DNA of 64,000 bases. It comes from Lama guanicoe (Eukaryota). Below are positions 49,975 through 62,354 of this stretch, piece by piece (positions within the stretch are counted from its first letter, which is position 1; every line of letters begins with the position of its first letter). Below the pieces are notes generated by a model, which saw only the letters and a list, made by a program, of their open reading frames with translations, was not told where the DNA came from and searched no databases. The stretch lies in NCBI GenBank assembly GCA_013239625.1, contig MU054033.1, forward strand, positions 186,001 through 250,000. Direction: 5' to 3'. The position numbers and the translations under genes were made by a program.

Positions 49975-52330
49975 TAGTATTTTATTCAACATTAAAAAAA
50001 TCACTTTTGATCCTGAGTTGCTCTCAACATCACATGTACGGGGGACATGTGTGTCACCACCACCAAAATCAGGATGCAATTCCAGCAGCTCCCCAAACTT
50101 CCTTGTGGGGCCCCTTCAGAGTTGCCTTTGGCCCCCACCCAGAAGCTTTGGCAGCCCCTCCTCTGTCCGATATTTTTTTTTTTTAGTGTCATGTCGTAGA
50201 ATCCTAAAGACTAACCTTCCGAGTCAGCGTGATACCTTTGTGACTTACCCATGTTGTCCCAGGTATCAGTGGGTCATTCCCTTTTACTGCTGAGCAGTGG
50301 TCCTTTGTATGGGGTGAAACGCATACAGTTTGCTTGTTCGCCCACCTGTCGAAGGGCATTCGCATTTCTAGGTTTGTTGATTGTAAACAGAGCTGCTTTA
50401 ACACTCATGTCCTGGTTTTTGTGACAACGTGAGTGTTCATTTCTCTGTGGTAAACACCTAGGAAAGGATTGCTGTATCATATGGTAGGTACATTCAGCTT
50501 TATGAGAAACTGCTAAACTACTGTCCAGAGTTGGCTGTACAGTTTTGTATTCTCACTATCAATGTAGGAGGGTCCAAGTTCACCATTTTTGTTCTCCTCC
50601 TTCATTCTGGATCATCCAAGTTTTTTTTTTTCTGATATTATTTCCCTTCTGTTTGAAGTACTTCCTTTAGCAGTTTTATTACTGCCAGTCAGCTGACAAT
50701 GAATTCTATTACTGTTCCTACATTTTAAAATACCACCTTCATTCCTTAAGGATATTTTCACTGAGTGGGTATAGAGTTCTGGGTTGATAGTATGTTTTTT
50801 TGAACACTTAGATATTCTGTTTCACGTTCTCCTGACCTCCATTATTTTTTTTTTTACATTTTTATTGATTCATAATCATTTTGACCTCCATTATTTTTAA
50901 TGAGAAATCTGCAGCCATTAAAATAGTTTTTCCTTTATAATTTGTTTTTTTCTGATCGCTTTAAAAATTTTTTTCTCTTTGTCCATGTCTTTAGTTTTTT
51001 GTTTGTTTGTTAAAAAAGCAGTTTGATTATTGTATGTTTGGGTGTAGGTTTCTTTGGATTTACTATTTTTAGGGATCACTGAATTTTTTGTTTTGTATGT
51101 TTATATTTTTTGCCATACTTAGGAAATTCTTAGCTATTATTTCTTCTTTTTTTTTCCCCCTCTCCTTCTGAGATTCCTATGATACAAATGTTAGATCATT
51201 TAATTTTGTCCCACAGGTCTGTGAGGGTTTGTTCTTTATTTTTCTCAATCTTTTCTGTCTTTTGTCCAGATTCTATAATTTTTATTGACACCTCTGCATC
51301 ATCTCCATACTAGTATCAGCCTCATCCAGTGAGATTTTCTTCCATTCAATATGTTTTTATGATAAAATTTCCATTTTTTCTTTTTCATATCTTCAGTATC
51401 TTTGCTGAGACATTCCATCTTTCTCCTGGTTCCCAAAATGCTTTTCTTTATTTGTTGGAGCGATTTTATAGCATTGCAGTAAAGTTTTTGTCAGATAATT
51501 CCAACATCTATGTCATCTTGTGTTTAGTGTCTGTTGATTGTTTGAGATTTTCCTGGTTCTCTGTATACTGAGTCCTTTGAGATTGTATCACGGAGATTTA
51601 AAATATTATATTTTGGCAACAAGGCTCCGAGTGTTGTCTAACCCCTTGGCGAATGTTGATATTATTTTAGTAAACAGTCAATCCATTTGGTTCAGTCTAC
51701 AGGCTCCCCTCTGCCTTCTGTGTTTGTGGTTCCAGTGTCAGTTCTGCTCTCAGAGCCTTTGTAGCACTGCTTGGATCTGTCCCGTGTGTGTGCCCAGCTG
51801 TGGCCAGTCTGGGACCTGAGTGGTGTTCTATTTTTCAGTTCTATTCTCAACATCTGTTTAGGGTCAAGTCCACACATGCATAGCTCATGGGTGGTCTCAG
51901 GAGTTTATAAACAACTTGAAGGGATCACTTTTCTGAATTTTACCCTCCCATGACCTCCTTTGTACTTTCTGGTTCTTTGGGACTCCGCATTTTCAGTTCC
52001 CTGGTACAAAACCTTGCGCTTTAGTTACCGTGTTCTGCTGCGTACCCACCTTGTCGGTGCCTGTGTCCAGGGCTAAGCAGTTGGAGGACAGAAAAAGAAA
52101 AGGGCATTGGGTTTGACCACTGCTGGGGACCCCAGCTCTTCTACCTGCAGAAGTTGGTTCTTCTCCTTCTGAGTTTTAAGCTCCTGCAGTCACCTGTTGT
52201 CACCTCCATCACTGCCTCCATAACATCCCATGGGGCTGGGGTGCAGAGAAAAAAAAAGGAAGAAAATAATAATAACAAAAAAACCCCAAACTCCTCCAAA
52301 CCTGGCATGCTCTCTGTGCTCTTCTAGTAG
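49975..52330 (-). mobile_element. Old antisense LINE-1 segments (3'UTR, ORF2 end, ORF1/5' region; L1MD/L1ME-age)
   Basis: 'ggattgctgtatcatatggtagg','tatagagttctgggttgatag','tgagaaatctgcagccatt','gtcccacaggtctgtgagg','ttttgtcagataattccaacatct'. Composite; internal boundaries unresolved. Confidence 0.7.
50850..50881 (-). mobile_element. 32-bp LINE-1 3'-tip insertion with perfect 17-bp TSD
   Basis: TGACCTCCATTATTTTT at 50833-50849 and 50882-50898 flanks 'ttttttacatttttattgattcataatcattt' (AATAAA plus A-tail on the minus strand). Confidence 0.85.
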
Positions 52331-52341
52331 AGAAGGAGACA

Positions 52342-52843
52342 CATATGGTCCCCAACTTGTGATGATTCGACATGATTTTTCAACTTCACGACGTCGCGGA
52401 AATGCCACGCGTTCAGCAGAGACCATATTTTGAATTTTGAATTATGATCGTTTCCCCGTGGGTTAGCAGCACGCAGCGCGATCCACTCTTGTGACGCTGG
52501 GCAGCAGCCCTGGGCCGCGGCTCCCCGGCGGCCGCGCCGTCACGAGAGCGGACAGCCAGCACGTTTACAGCCGCCCCGCGCCCACGTCACCGCGCCTGGT
52601 TTTCACGCCCAGTACAGTGTGCAGTAAACTACATGAGACAGTCAACACCTTATCATTAAACAGGCTTTGTGTTGGATGATTTTGCCCAACTGTAGACCAG
52701 CCTGAAGTGTTCTGAGCGCGTTGAAGTTTAGGCTCGGCTAAGTTGTGGCGCTGAGTAGGTTAGATATATTAGATGCATTTTTTGACTTACGTGGCGTCTT
52801 CAGCTTAGGGTGGGGTTATACGTCGTAAGTTGAGGAAGAGCAG
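52342..52843. mobile_element. Tigger-family non-autonomous DNA transposon (MER47/Tigger5-like)
   Basis: Degenerate terminal inverted repeats 'catatggtccccaacttgtga' and 'tcgtaagttgaggaagagcag' plus TA. Internal 'gatgattttgcccaactgtag' and 'ttttgaattttgaa' match MER47. Confidence 0.8.
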
Positions 52844-53127
52844 TACTTATCTTCAGACCCCTCGAGCAGAGCTGGGGGGCCTGCGCCGGCTCGCTCTTCT
52901 GCGCCGACGCCCACGTGTGAAGTCCGGGCCGCGTTAAGCTCAGGTCTGGGGACGCCGCACAAGCCCCAGGGAGCGGCTCCCTGCCGCTGTTCAGCGGGCG
53001 CCATGGGCACGGTGCTCCTACACCATCTTGTCCAGGTTTCAGGTTGTTTCAAGATCTTACCCAGTTGTTTTCCTCCCCTTTCCCCCAAGTGAAAACATTT
53101 ACAGGCAGTGGTTTATTGGATTCCATG

Positions 53128-53340
53128 TTTTGTCCCGTAGAACGTTTGGGGGTGATGGAAATGTCACACATCTGTGTGTGGTAGCCATTGGCCTCATGTG
53201 GCTCTTAAGCTCTTGGAATGAGACCAGCAAGACTGAGTAACTGAATTTTAAATCTCCTTTCGTTTTAGTTAATTTAAATTTCAGTAGCCCCGTATGACCA
53301 CTGAAGGAGCCCCGCAGTCGGCTCCTTTCCTGCACAGCGC
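53128..53340 (+). mobile_element. MER3 hAT DNA transposon
   Basis: 'tgtcccgtagaacgttt...tgatggaaatg...ggtagccattggcctcatgtggctc...gactgagtaactgaattttaa'; homologous to the copy at 39130. Confidence 0.75.
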
Positions 53341-55499
53341 AGCTCAGTGCAGCCGGCAAGCCTGGATCTGGGTCCAGGGGAAGAGCATCTTTATTTCGTC
53401 CTTTGCCAGTTCACGTGAAAGCATTTCTCTGCAACTCCACTGTTGTAACAGAACACCTGGCTGGAGTGTTTGGACTTCGGTAATTCAGGAAGTGGCCATT
53501 TCTCAACGTATGTTGCTAAATTTGGGTCATGTCTCTGTTTGAGGCGTATCCTCAGGAGCAGTTTAAGGAAAACATCTTCTGTGTTACATTTCTGGGCGTG
53601 GGGCTCTATTCACCAGCCCTGGCAGCTCTCACGACGCTGTGTGCCCCTGCATTCACAAGTCACCTGAGGCCAGTTGACCTGACCCCAGAAGAAGCCAACA
53701 TTTTCCCCTGTACCCCCACCCCTGCTTCCAACTGAAAACCAGAGGGGAACTTAGTGAACAATCTCATCGTTGTGCGTTTAAAATAAACTTGTGTCTTGGG
53801 CCCCTATTTTGAAATATTAGCATACTTTTTTTATAATTTTTTTTAAAGGAATAACAAAGGACTTTTTTTTTTTTTCTGTAGAAAGGTATCTCTTTCTAGC
53901 TTAGTGCTTCTATGTACCAAATCGCTTTTGGTTGCTTTTGTGCTTTGAAAAATGAGATGACTTTTCCGCCCTCCCAGATTTTACTCCCGTGAAGTCTGAG
54001 TTTTGGTATCCTGACTTGTAAAGGGGTAAAGAAGAGGAGCGTTAACGTGATTGAAGTCACATTATTTTTACAGTTTAAAGAAAAAAAAAAGATTTCACAA
54101 TGGAGTCATTTGATTCCGCGAGCCTCCAATCTGGGGACTGTTTTCCTAAGCTGAAGAAGTGTCACTTACGGAGAGGTGTCACTGTCAGTCCCAGGAAGAG
54201 CCTGTTGGTTGGAAGTGTGCAAACTATTTACTTGGGGTGATGGGCGGAGGAACAGTGAGTCCTTCCTGTGGTTTTTTTCCCTTTGTTGTCCTGTGAAAGA
54301 ACCTCTGGAGATCTTTTAAGCTTTTTATTGCCATATAGAATTACTGTATTTGAAAACCATACTGGAAAAAAAAAAGTTTCTGCCTTATCTCTTACTTGGG
54401 GAATTTTGTAGATCACAGAGAACTGTGTCAAAGACTTCGCTGCTGGGGAGAGTGTTTCACAGAGCACACAGATTTCTGGCAAAGGAAAATACCGTGGCCA
54501 TTTGAGTTCCACTTTGGGGGAATGCCATGGCCAAAGCGACGTAAATGAAATTTATGGACCGCCTTCCATCCTCCCCTTCAGAGCAGACAGCAGGAAGATA
54601 TAAGGGAGTGTATGTGTTATCAGCAGAAATAAACCATACGGTACATTTACCGAGTTCTGGTTTATCTTTTCCTTTTTGTTGGTTCAGTTGTGGTGAAAAT
54701 GATCTATCTTTTAAGTAAGTCGTGTGAAATGCACACATGCTGAATGCATCCTGGCCCTGGCGACTCCTTTGGCGTGTCCCCATGGTCGCTGAAAACAGAT
54801 TCTTGGGACTTCTGCTTGGAAGGAGCGACTTTGTGGAAGTGACCACCCTGGAAAGGGAGCCAGCTTACTGCAGACCCTCCTGCTTCATGTGACTTTCGCA
54901 GACCAGGCTGGGCGCCTTCCACGCGCTTTGATCTATGGCGGTGTTTCCCTGCAAGTGTTGGCACGAGAATCATAACATCTCTAAGTCGTAATTAAGATTG
55001 CGCGACAGGACTGGAGCGGCCCTCCCCTCTGCCGTGTGTGCACTGCCGGTGCTTCCTTGTTCCCGCACCCCTTCTCCCCGCACCGTGGCCCAGGGTCTCC
55101 GCTCCCAGGGGAGGGCTGGGCAGGGGACCCAGAGTGATTTGTTGACTCAGAGTGGAACGTAGATTTTTTTTTCCCCATTGCCTTGTTCTGGCCAGAACCA
55201 CTGATGTATGTGTCAGAAGCAGGAGGACCCCTTTCCCAGGGCAGTTTCTGATAACCTAACACAAGTGCTAGGCTTTTCGGGTTGAGTTCAAATTCGAAGG
55301 AGCACAGAGGTGTGGAGTGGAAAGGGAAATTGGTCTGCACCTTGCATATTGAGGGGGTCCAGCTCATCCCCCAAAACTGAGTCTGTCTCCACCTTTTCCT
55401 GAAACCACCTTCTCTTCCACTTCCTTTCTGTTTATCGCCTGAGCCCTTCCTTTTTCCTTCCCCATTTCTAGCATGTCTAAATAGTCATTCATATTGTAC

Positions 55500-56860
55500 A
55501 CGTTTATTGAGATATAATTCACATACAGATGCAACTTGTCATTTAAAGTGTACAATTCAGTGATTTTTTTCTTTTAGTATGTTTGCAGAGTTGTGCAGCC
55601 ATCTCCACAATCAATTTTAGAACTTTTCATCACTTCAAAAAGAGGCCTGTTTCCTCCATCTGTGACCCCTGTTTTCCCACACCCACCAAGCCCACTAGCC
55701 CTGACTGCGCACTCACGTGCTTCTGTCTCTGAATTTGTCTGTTCTGGACGTTTCATGTAAATGGGATATCTGGCTTTGTGTCCGGCTTTTTTTTTTTTTC
55801 CACTTCACATCACGTTTTCAAGGTTCATTCATGTCATAGCATGTATCAGAACTTCTTTCCTTTTAATGGCCAAATACTAGTCCATTGAATGGATATACCA
55901 CATTTTATCAGTGTATGGACATTTAGATGGTTTCCACTTTTTGAGTGTTACGAATAATACTGTTGTGAACATTCCTGTGTAAGTTTTTTGGGGGACGTAT
56001 GTTTTCAGTTCTCTTGGGTGTATACCTAGCAGTGGAATTGCTGGGTCATACGGTAACTCTGTGTTTAAAGTTTCAAGGGATGCCACCCTGTTTTCCACAG
56101 CATCTGCATCATTTTATATTCCCACCTGCAGCATATGAGAATTCTAGTTTCTCCGTATCCTTGCCAATATTTGTTACTATGTGTCTTTTTGATTATAATT
56201 ATCCTAGTTGGTGTAAAGTAGTATTTGCTTGTGATTTTGGTTTGTGTTTCATGGATGGTTAATGACTTGGACATCTTTTCATGTACTTGTCACTTGTGTG
56301 ATGTTGCAGAAATAACTATTCAGACCCTCTGACCAAATTTTGATCTAATTACTTGTCTTTTTATCATTTAGTTGTGTCTGTATGAGTCAGCTTGAGCTGC
56401 TGTAACAAAATCCCACAGGCTGGGTAGTGTAAACAACAGAAATGTATTTCTTAAATTTCTGGAGGCTGCGAGTCCAAGATCAAGGTCAGCCAGCAAGGTC
56501 AGTTCCTGGTGAGGATTCGGATCTTCTTGGCTTATGGATAGTTGCCTTCTCCCTGTATCCTTACGTGGCAGGGAGAGCGTGACCTCTGGTGTCTGTTCCT
56601 CTTCTTAGAAGAATGCTAATCCCTCATGCCTTTATCCAGGTCGAATCACCCCAAAGGCCCCGCCTCCAAATTCCATCACATAGGATGTTGGGGCTTTAAT
56701 ATGTAAATTTCTGCTTGTAAATAAACATCCAGTCTTTAACAGTGTTCTTTATGTCGTCTGGATACAAGTTCCTCACCAAATATGTGATTTGTAAATATTT
56801 TCTCCCATTTTGTAGGTGTCTTTCCACTTTCTTGATGATGTCCACTGAAGCACAGAGTTG
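55500..56860 (-). mobile_element. LINE-1 ORF2 end and 3'UTR (L1MB-like), interrupted by an MLT1A LTR
   Basis: Minus translation LNTELPYDPAIPLLGIHPRELKTY and MQIKTT-like TQTKITSKYYFTPTR are L1 ORF2p C-terminal motifs. Confidence 0.9.
56379..56741 (-). mobile_element. MaLR LTR (MLT1A-like) nested in L1
   Basis: 'tgtatgagtcagcttgagctgctgtaacaaaatcccacaggctgggtagtgtaaacaacagaaatgtatttc...cagtctttaaca'. Confidence 0.85.
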
Positions 56861-56861
56861 T

Positions 56862-57060
56862 TTTTTATTTTAGTTTTATTGAGTTACAGTCAGTTTACCA
56901 TGTTGTGTCAAATTCCAGTGTAGAGCACGATTTTTCAGTTATGCATGAACACACATATATTCATTGTCACATTCTTTTTCATCATGAGCTACCACAAGAA
57001 CTTGTATATACATTTCCCTGTGCTGTACAGCATAGTCTTGTTTATCCATTCTATGCACAC
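56862..57060 (-). mobile_element. Lineage-specific LINE-1 3' end
   Basis: 'ttttattgagttacagtcagtttaccatgttgtgtcaaattccagtgtagagcac'. Confidence 0.85.
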
Positions 57061-57857
57061 CTGCAGGACCACGCTCACCCGAGTGCCCCTCAGAGTGGGT
57101 TTGGGCGGGGGGTGTTCGGGTCTTCTCGGGGTGCCTTTGTCTGTGATGCTCCCACCAGCTGGAGCTGCACACCCCTGCTGGGGCTCAAACATGCGTCCAG
57201 ATTTTGCGTTGAACACGGCCAAAATAATCTTTCTTGGAAATGCTGAATTGCCCTTTTAAAAAACATCATCTCCTTTAAAAAATATTCGTAATGTCGAGTG
57301 CCTAAAAGTGGGCTTCGAAATGCATGATGCTTATAACTGCTTCCGTCTCTGTTTTCCCTGCGCCCCAGTCTGTGAACGCTGGATGGTACTCAGCCATCCA
57401 GCAGGCCTTCAAGAGGGCTTTTCTGAAACGTTAGTAGGTGGTGTGTGTGTTCTGATTACCTGGTGACCATAGAGATATCTCAAAGCCTTGACAGTATCTT
57501 CATGTATTCCTTATAAGATTGCAAAGATGGAATGTTACTGTTTGATAAGCAAGATATGAAAATGCATTTAAAAATTCAAAACAAAACAAAACAAAACAAG
57601 GTCTCTTGTGGCTCAGGCTTTCAAATGCTCCATCTGGTTAGGGCTGAGTTACCCTTCCTGCCGGAGCCTTCACATTCCTCAGCATTTACCTGGGGCGGAG
57701 TCAGCGCTGGCATCTCCTCGTGGGTCACCGAAGCTCTCGTTGCCAGACCTGCCCTGGCCTGGGCTCGAACTTAGCTGGACCCATGCCTGTGGGCTTCAGA
57801 GCCCCCTGCCTCTAGCATCTGCCCTTCATCTCCCCTCCGTGGTGACCCTGGGAGGCG

Positions 57858-58121
57858 GCACTGTGGTGCCCAGCGTAGAGGTGTGTTTCGGTGGTGGACA
57901 CAGGGACCTGACGCATGGTTCTGCCCCTCACTAGCTGTGTGACCTTGGGCAGGTTATTCAGCCGTTCTGTGCTGCACTGTCCTTACCTGTGAGGCAGAGA
58001 TGCTGGCAGTAGCCTCCAAGGGTCCCTGTGAAGATAAACAGGTTGGTCCGTGGCAGCGTTTAGGTCGGGCATGGTGGGGGGAGGCAGCGCGGAAACGCTG
58101 AGAGCTCTGGTTATTATTACT
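57858..58121 (+). mobile_element. MIR SINE
   Basis: 'gttctgcccctcactagctgtgtgaccttgggcaggttatt' core and 'gttattattact' end. Confidence 0.75.
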
Positions 58122-58187
58122 GCCTGTGAACACAAGAAGTGTTCCTAAGTGAAGCCATAAAATCGCTCTCTCAGTTGTTTTGAATGT

Positions 58188-58715
58188 AAATGGACTTTAT
58201 TTTTAGAGCAGTTTTAGGTTCACGGCTACTTTGGATGGAAGGTACAGAGATTTCCCTGTACCTCCGACCCTCCCCCACCATGAATATACCCCCCAGGTGG
58301 TGCATTAGTGGTGGCTGGGGACCCTGCAGGGACACATCACCATTACTGCCACCTCCATAACCTACGTTAGGGATCTCTCTCGGTGGGGTCTGACCTGTGG
58401 GTTTGGGCACATGTATAAATAAAGACGTGCATCCATCATTATGGTCTCATACAGAGAACTGTCACAGCTGTGCGCATCCCTGTGCGCCGCCGAGTCACCC
58501 CACCCTGTCCCTGACAATCCTGGATCTGTTTACTGTCTCTGTAAGTCTGCCTTTTCCAGATGCCGTATCGTTGGAATCATAACGTTCCGCGGTCTTTCTA
58601 GACAGTTTCTTTCACTTAGTAACGTGCGTGTAAGTTTCCTCCTTGTGTTTTCATGGCTGGATAGCTCATGTCTTTTTATGTTGAATAATATTCCATTGTC
58701 TGAACGGCTCTATTG
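58188..58715 (-). mobile_element. Old LINE-1 3' end (L1MD-like)
   Basis: 'gactttatttttagagcagttttaggttcac...ggatctgtttactgtctctgtaagtctgccttttccagatg...tttcatggctggatagctcat'. Confidence 0.8.
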
Positions 58716-58769
58716 TTTTTTTAAAAAAAAAACTAGTAATTTGCTCTGTATGAATCCTCTGCTCTGCTT

Positions 58770-58932
58770 AATGGTGCTCCTCAGCCTTCAGCCTGGAGGC
58801 TTTTAAATCCAGATTGGCCAGCCCCCTCTTTGGTGTGTTGGATTCTGTAGGTCTGGGGTGGGAGCTGAGATTCTGCATTTCTAAGGACTTCCTGGGGCCG
58901 CTGCTGCTGGCAGGCACTTTTGGAGCCAGTGT
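58770..58932 (-). mobile_element. MER5A hAT DNA transposon
   Basis: 'gattctgtaggtctggggtgggagctgagattctgcatttctaag'. Confidence 0.75.
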
Positions 58933-60194
58933 TCTGTGGGCCGTATATGTGCAGGGACACAGATCCATGCATGTACCAGCAAGCGTGCATATGTGCACAC
59001 GTGTGCACACACACGTGTGCATGAATGCACACACGTGTGTGAGTGCATGCACGTGCACGTGTACAAGTGAGTGCCTGTGCGGCCTCTTCCCACGCCCAGG
59101 AGGACTGCTAACAGTCGCCACCCTTCCCGAGTCAGCCCTGGGGCAGTACCGGAACCCAGCTGCGGGAACACGGGTCCCCCCCGCTAGGGAAGGCCTGGGT
59201 GGATGCTGTCTGTGTTCCCAGGTGCCTCCATCAAGCAGGGCCGGGTCTGGTCTGCCTTTGTTTTCTCTCCCCGCGCAGGATGAGAGCGAGATTCTGAGTG
59301 GGAAACAGCCCTCATTTGTATTTACTGGGCTTGGCTTCCTCCGAAATCCGAGGGCCTGTGGGTGCAGCCACCCCCATCCCTTCTCCACGTTCACCCCTTC
59401 ATTTTCTCCTGTTCACTTCAGCAGGATTTATGCTCGATTAAGTTACTCTCTTTTATCATAATTAAAGAAAAATGTGGTGGGAGAGCTCTCCAAACTCCGC
59501 TCAATGAAAACCAGATTGTCGGACCTGCAGGGACTCAAGGGGCGGCCCTGTGCGCCCGGCGGGGAACCAGCCCCTGGGGGCCGATCGGCCGCAGCGGGGA
59601 CGTGCCCACCTGGCGCTGGCCGCCCGGGACGACCCAAGGTTCTGTGCCCACGGTGCTGACTCAGGTGCAGTGAGCAGCCCGGGGGCCCAGCCTGGCTGGC
59701 ACGGGGCCCGCCTGCCTCCTTCTGCGTCTGTGTGGACGTTTGTGAAGAGCAGCTTGTAGCTGACTCCGAGCTGAACATGCTTGCTCAGGGAGGTGACACT
59801 GTAAGCCTGGCGATGCTGCCCCGCCCAGGGGGTCACAGAGCTGGGACCGGGGAGGTGAGCCCACCCCCCTCCCGCCCCCGCCAAGGACTTGACTTAGCGA
59901 GGTCAAGGCTGGCAGGTGGGGTGGTTCTCGCAGCAGAAGGGAAGGCGAACCTGCTGATCCCGATGACGTGGCTTCTGTGATCCGCCTGGGATCTTCGGGG
60001 TTTTTCGGTGCAGAGCGCTGGAGTCCTGGACCCGCAGAGCTGGACGGGGCAGGGGCGGCAGTCACCAGTGAGATCAGGGGCCCGGTTCCGGAGCCCTCGT
60101 TCAGCTCCCCTCCTGCCACAGCCACACAAAAGTGTGCGTGGGTCCCCTGACTCGGGGACCATGTCGGGGGGCAGGTGTGCGCGTGGGTTCTGGA

Positions 60195-60410
60195 ACGTCA
60201 CAGCCTGATCCCCCATCCCGGCCCTGCCACTTACCCGTAGGCTGAGCGGCGGGGAGTGACTTCCGCAGAGAACGGCTGAATTTGTTCCTCTGCCCGTTGT
60301 GGATAATAGAAATAATACCCATCGGGTGGGGTCTTTGCAGGGATTGAACGAGCAAAGCGCCCAGAAGGGCAGGCGTCCGTCAAACGCTGGGAGCCGTCAC
60401 TGCTGTTACG
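60195..60410 (+). mobile_element. MIR SINE, strongly diverged
   Basis: 'atcccggccctgccacttac','ggataatagaaataatacc','gcagggattgaacgag'. Confidence 0.55.
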
Positions 60411-60451
60411 TGGTGTCTGCTGGAGGGATGTGAGGCCTCAGACCACGGCAT

Positions 60452-60657
60452 TGTGTCATTCTGCTCAGGCTGCCACGGGAGGTACTGCAGAAGGGGCAGC
60501 TCAAACAATGGGCGTTTGTCGTCTCCCAGCTCTGGAGGCGGGAAGTCTGAGATGAAGGTGTCAGCAGGGCTGTTTCCTTCCTAGGCCTCTCTCCTTGGCT
60601 TGTAGACCCTGCTCTCTGCATCCTCATCTGGTCGTCCCTCTGTGCGTGTCTGTGTCA
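60452..60657 (-). mobile_element. Partial MaLR LTR (MLT1A-like)
   Basis: 'ctggaggcgggaagtctgagatgaaggtgtcagcagggctgtttccttcctaggcctctctccttggcttgtaga'. Confidence 0.8.
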
Positions 60658-61438
60658 ACGAAGACTGCCTCCCGGACCAGAGGAGGCCTATGCCAGTGTC
60701 AGGAGCGGGGTGCCGAGAGCGGGCGGGGGTGTCAGGTTTGTCATTTACTCAGCTGATGCTCACTGGGCCCTCCTGTGCTGGCGCTGGGCACACAGCGCCT
60801 CTGCCCGGATGCAGCTGGCAGTTCCAGGGTCCCATCCACCTCCTCTCCTGAGTCCTGTCGGTCAGCCTCTGAACCCTCCCCTGCCGTCTGGTTGCGGGAA
60901 ACTTGTGGGGGTGCACTCACTGCCCCTGAGGGCAAGTGCACACTCCAGTGCTGTGGGAGATGGGCCTTCTCCCCATCCTTTTCAAGGCAGGACTCCGTGC
61001 CAGCCTGGGAGTATGGACTTCAGTGACTGCATGACATTCTGACCATGGCACGGGGCCGGCAGAGATGTGGGCTGGGCCGAGTGCCATGCCCTGGGGCCGA
61101 GGGCCTCTCTGGGTTGAGCCCTGTCCAACAGCTCAGCTTTACACACAGGGACATTCTCAGAGTCCTGGTCCAGAGACACCAGTGGGAGAAGAGACCCGGG
61201 GGTTTTTATTGAGCCTTCTGGGGACACACTGCTCTCCTGCTACATGTGAGAATGGGGCTGACTTCAAGATACACTTTCAGCAGTCTAGTAGGAGCTTCCT
61301 GGGCCCCCAGACATCTGAGCGCACTGCCAGGACTGAGGGGCCAACGGGCATGAGGGCCCAGCTGCACCCTACCTGGTGGGAAGAGAGCCCACCCCTTGAG
61401 GATGGGGGCGTGGGCGATAACTTAAGGTCAAGGTTCTT

Positions 61439-61729
61439 AACAGAAACGGACTCACAGACATTTGCTATGTCTAGCAAACAAACTCATGGGGGGTGGGGAG
61501 GGATAAATTGGGACTTTGAGATTTGCCAATATTAGCTACTATATATAAAATAGATAACACACAAATTTCTTCTGTACAGCACAGGGAACTCTATTCAGTA
61601 TCTGGTAGTCACCTACAGTGAAAAACAGTATGAAGGCAAGTACATGTATGTAGGTGTATGACCGAAACGTTGTGCTGTGCACCAGCAATTGACATGTTGT
61701 AACGGACTGTACTTCAATAAAAAAAAAAA
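61439..61729 (+). mobile_element. Lineage-specific LINE-1 3' end with poly-A
   Basis: 'aacagaaacggactcacagacat...gggataaattgggactttgagatttgc...ctgtacttcaataaaaaaaaaaa'. Confidence 0.88.
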
Positions 61730-62354
61730 CTTAAGAAGTAACTGAGCTAAGTTTTGTGTTTGCAAGTATGGGACAGTGACTTGATTTGAGAATAATGCTC
61801 TGTCAGTTGTGATGAAACCCCTTTGATACGTGGTTTCATTTGTCTCTTCTGAAATATTTGAGGCATCTCTACTAATTACAATTTTTAAGACAAAGCCTTT
61901 GCTGGCTCCCTGTTGGCTTCTCCAAGCCAGATGGCTGGTGGCCATGCTACCTTGATGATACTCCGCAGTTCCAACCTCACTCCTAACGCCCACTGAAGCT
62001 AGAAAGGGCTTTCGCCAAACGAAAAAGTGGTCTTGCTTGATGACGTTTGGTTTGAGACCCTCGACTCGCCAGGTATCTCCCACTGCGTCCCGTTCTTGGA
62101 GGCCACAGAGGATCGAGCACCTTTAGATGATCAGACTTGCAGTTCCGTCATGTGACTTGGACTCCTTAAAAAAGGATGCTTGATCTTAATTTTCTTTATT
62201 TAAATAATTGGGAGTGACAGGGAGCCAAACCCCCTTTACCAGGAGATGAAGGTGAAATAGGATCATTGCTTTCTTGCTTTGCAGGGAAGACTCTGCAGAC
62301 AAGCCGCGTTTGCAGAGCATCTGCATGACCAGGGAAGTGCAGGGCTCTTTATAT

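Noticed and set aside
2240..59663. About a dozen AP-1 (TGASTCA) sites
   Set aside because: Roughly eight are expected by chance in 64 kb and several lie inside repeats; not convincing enrichment.
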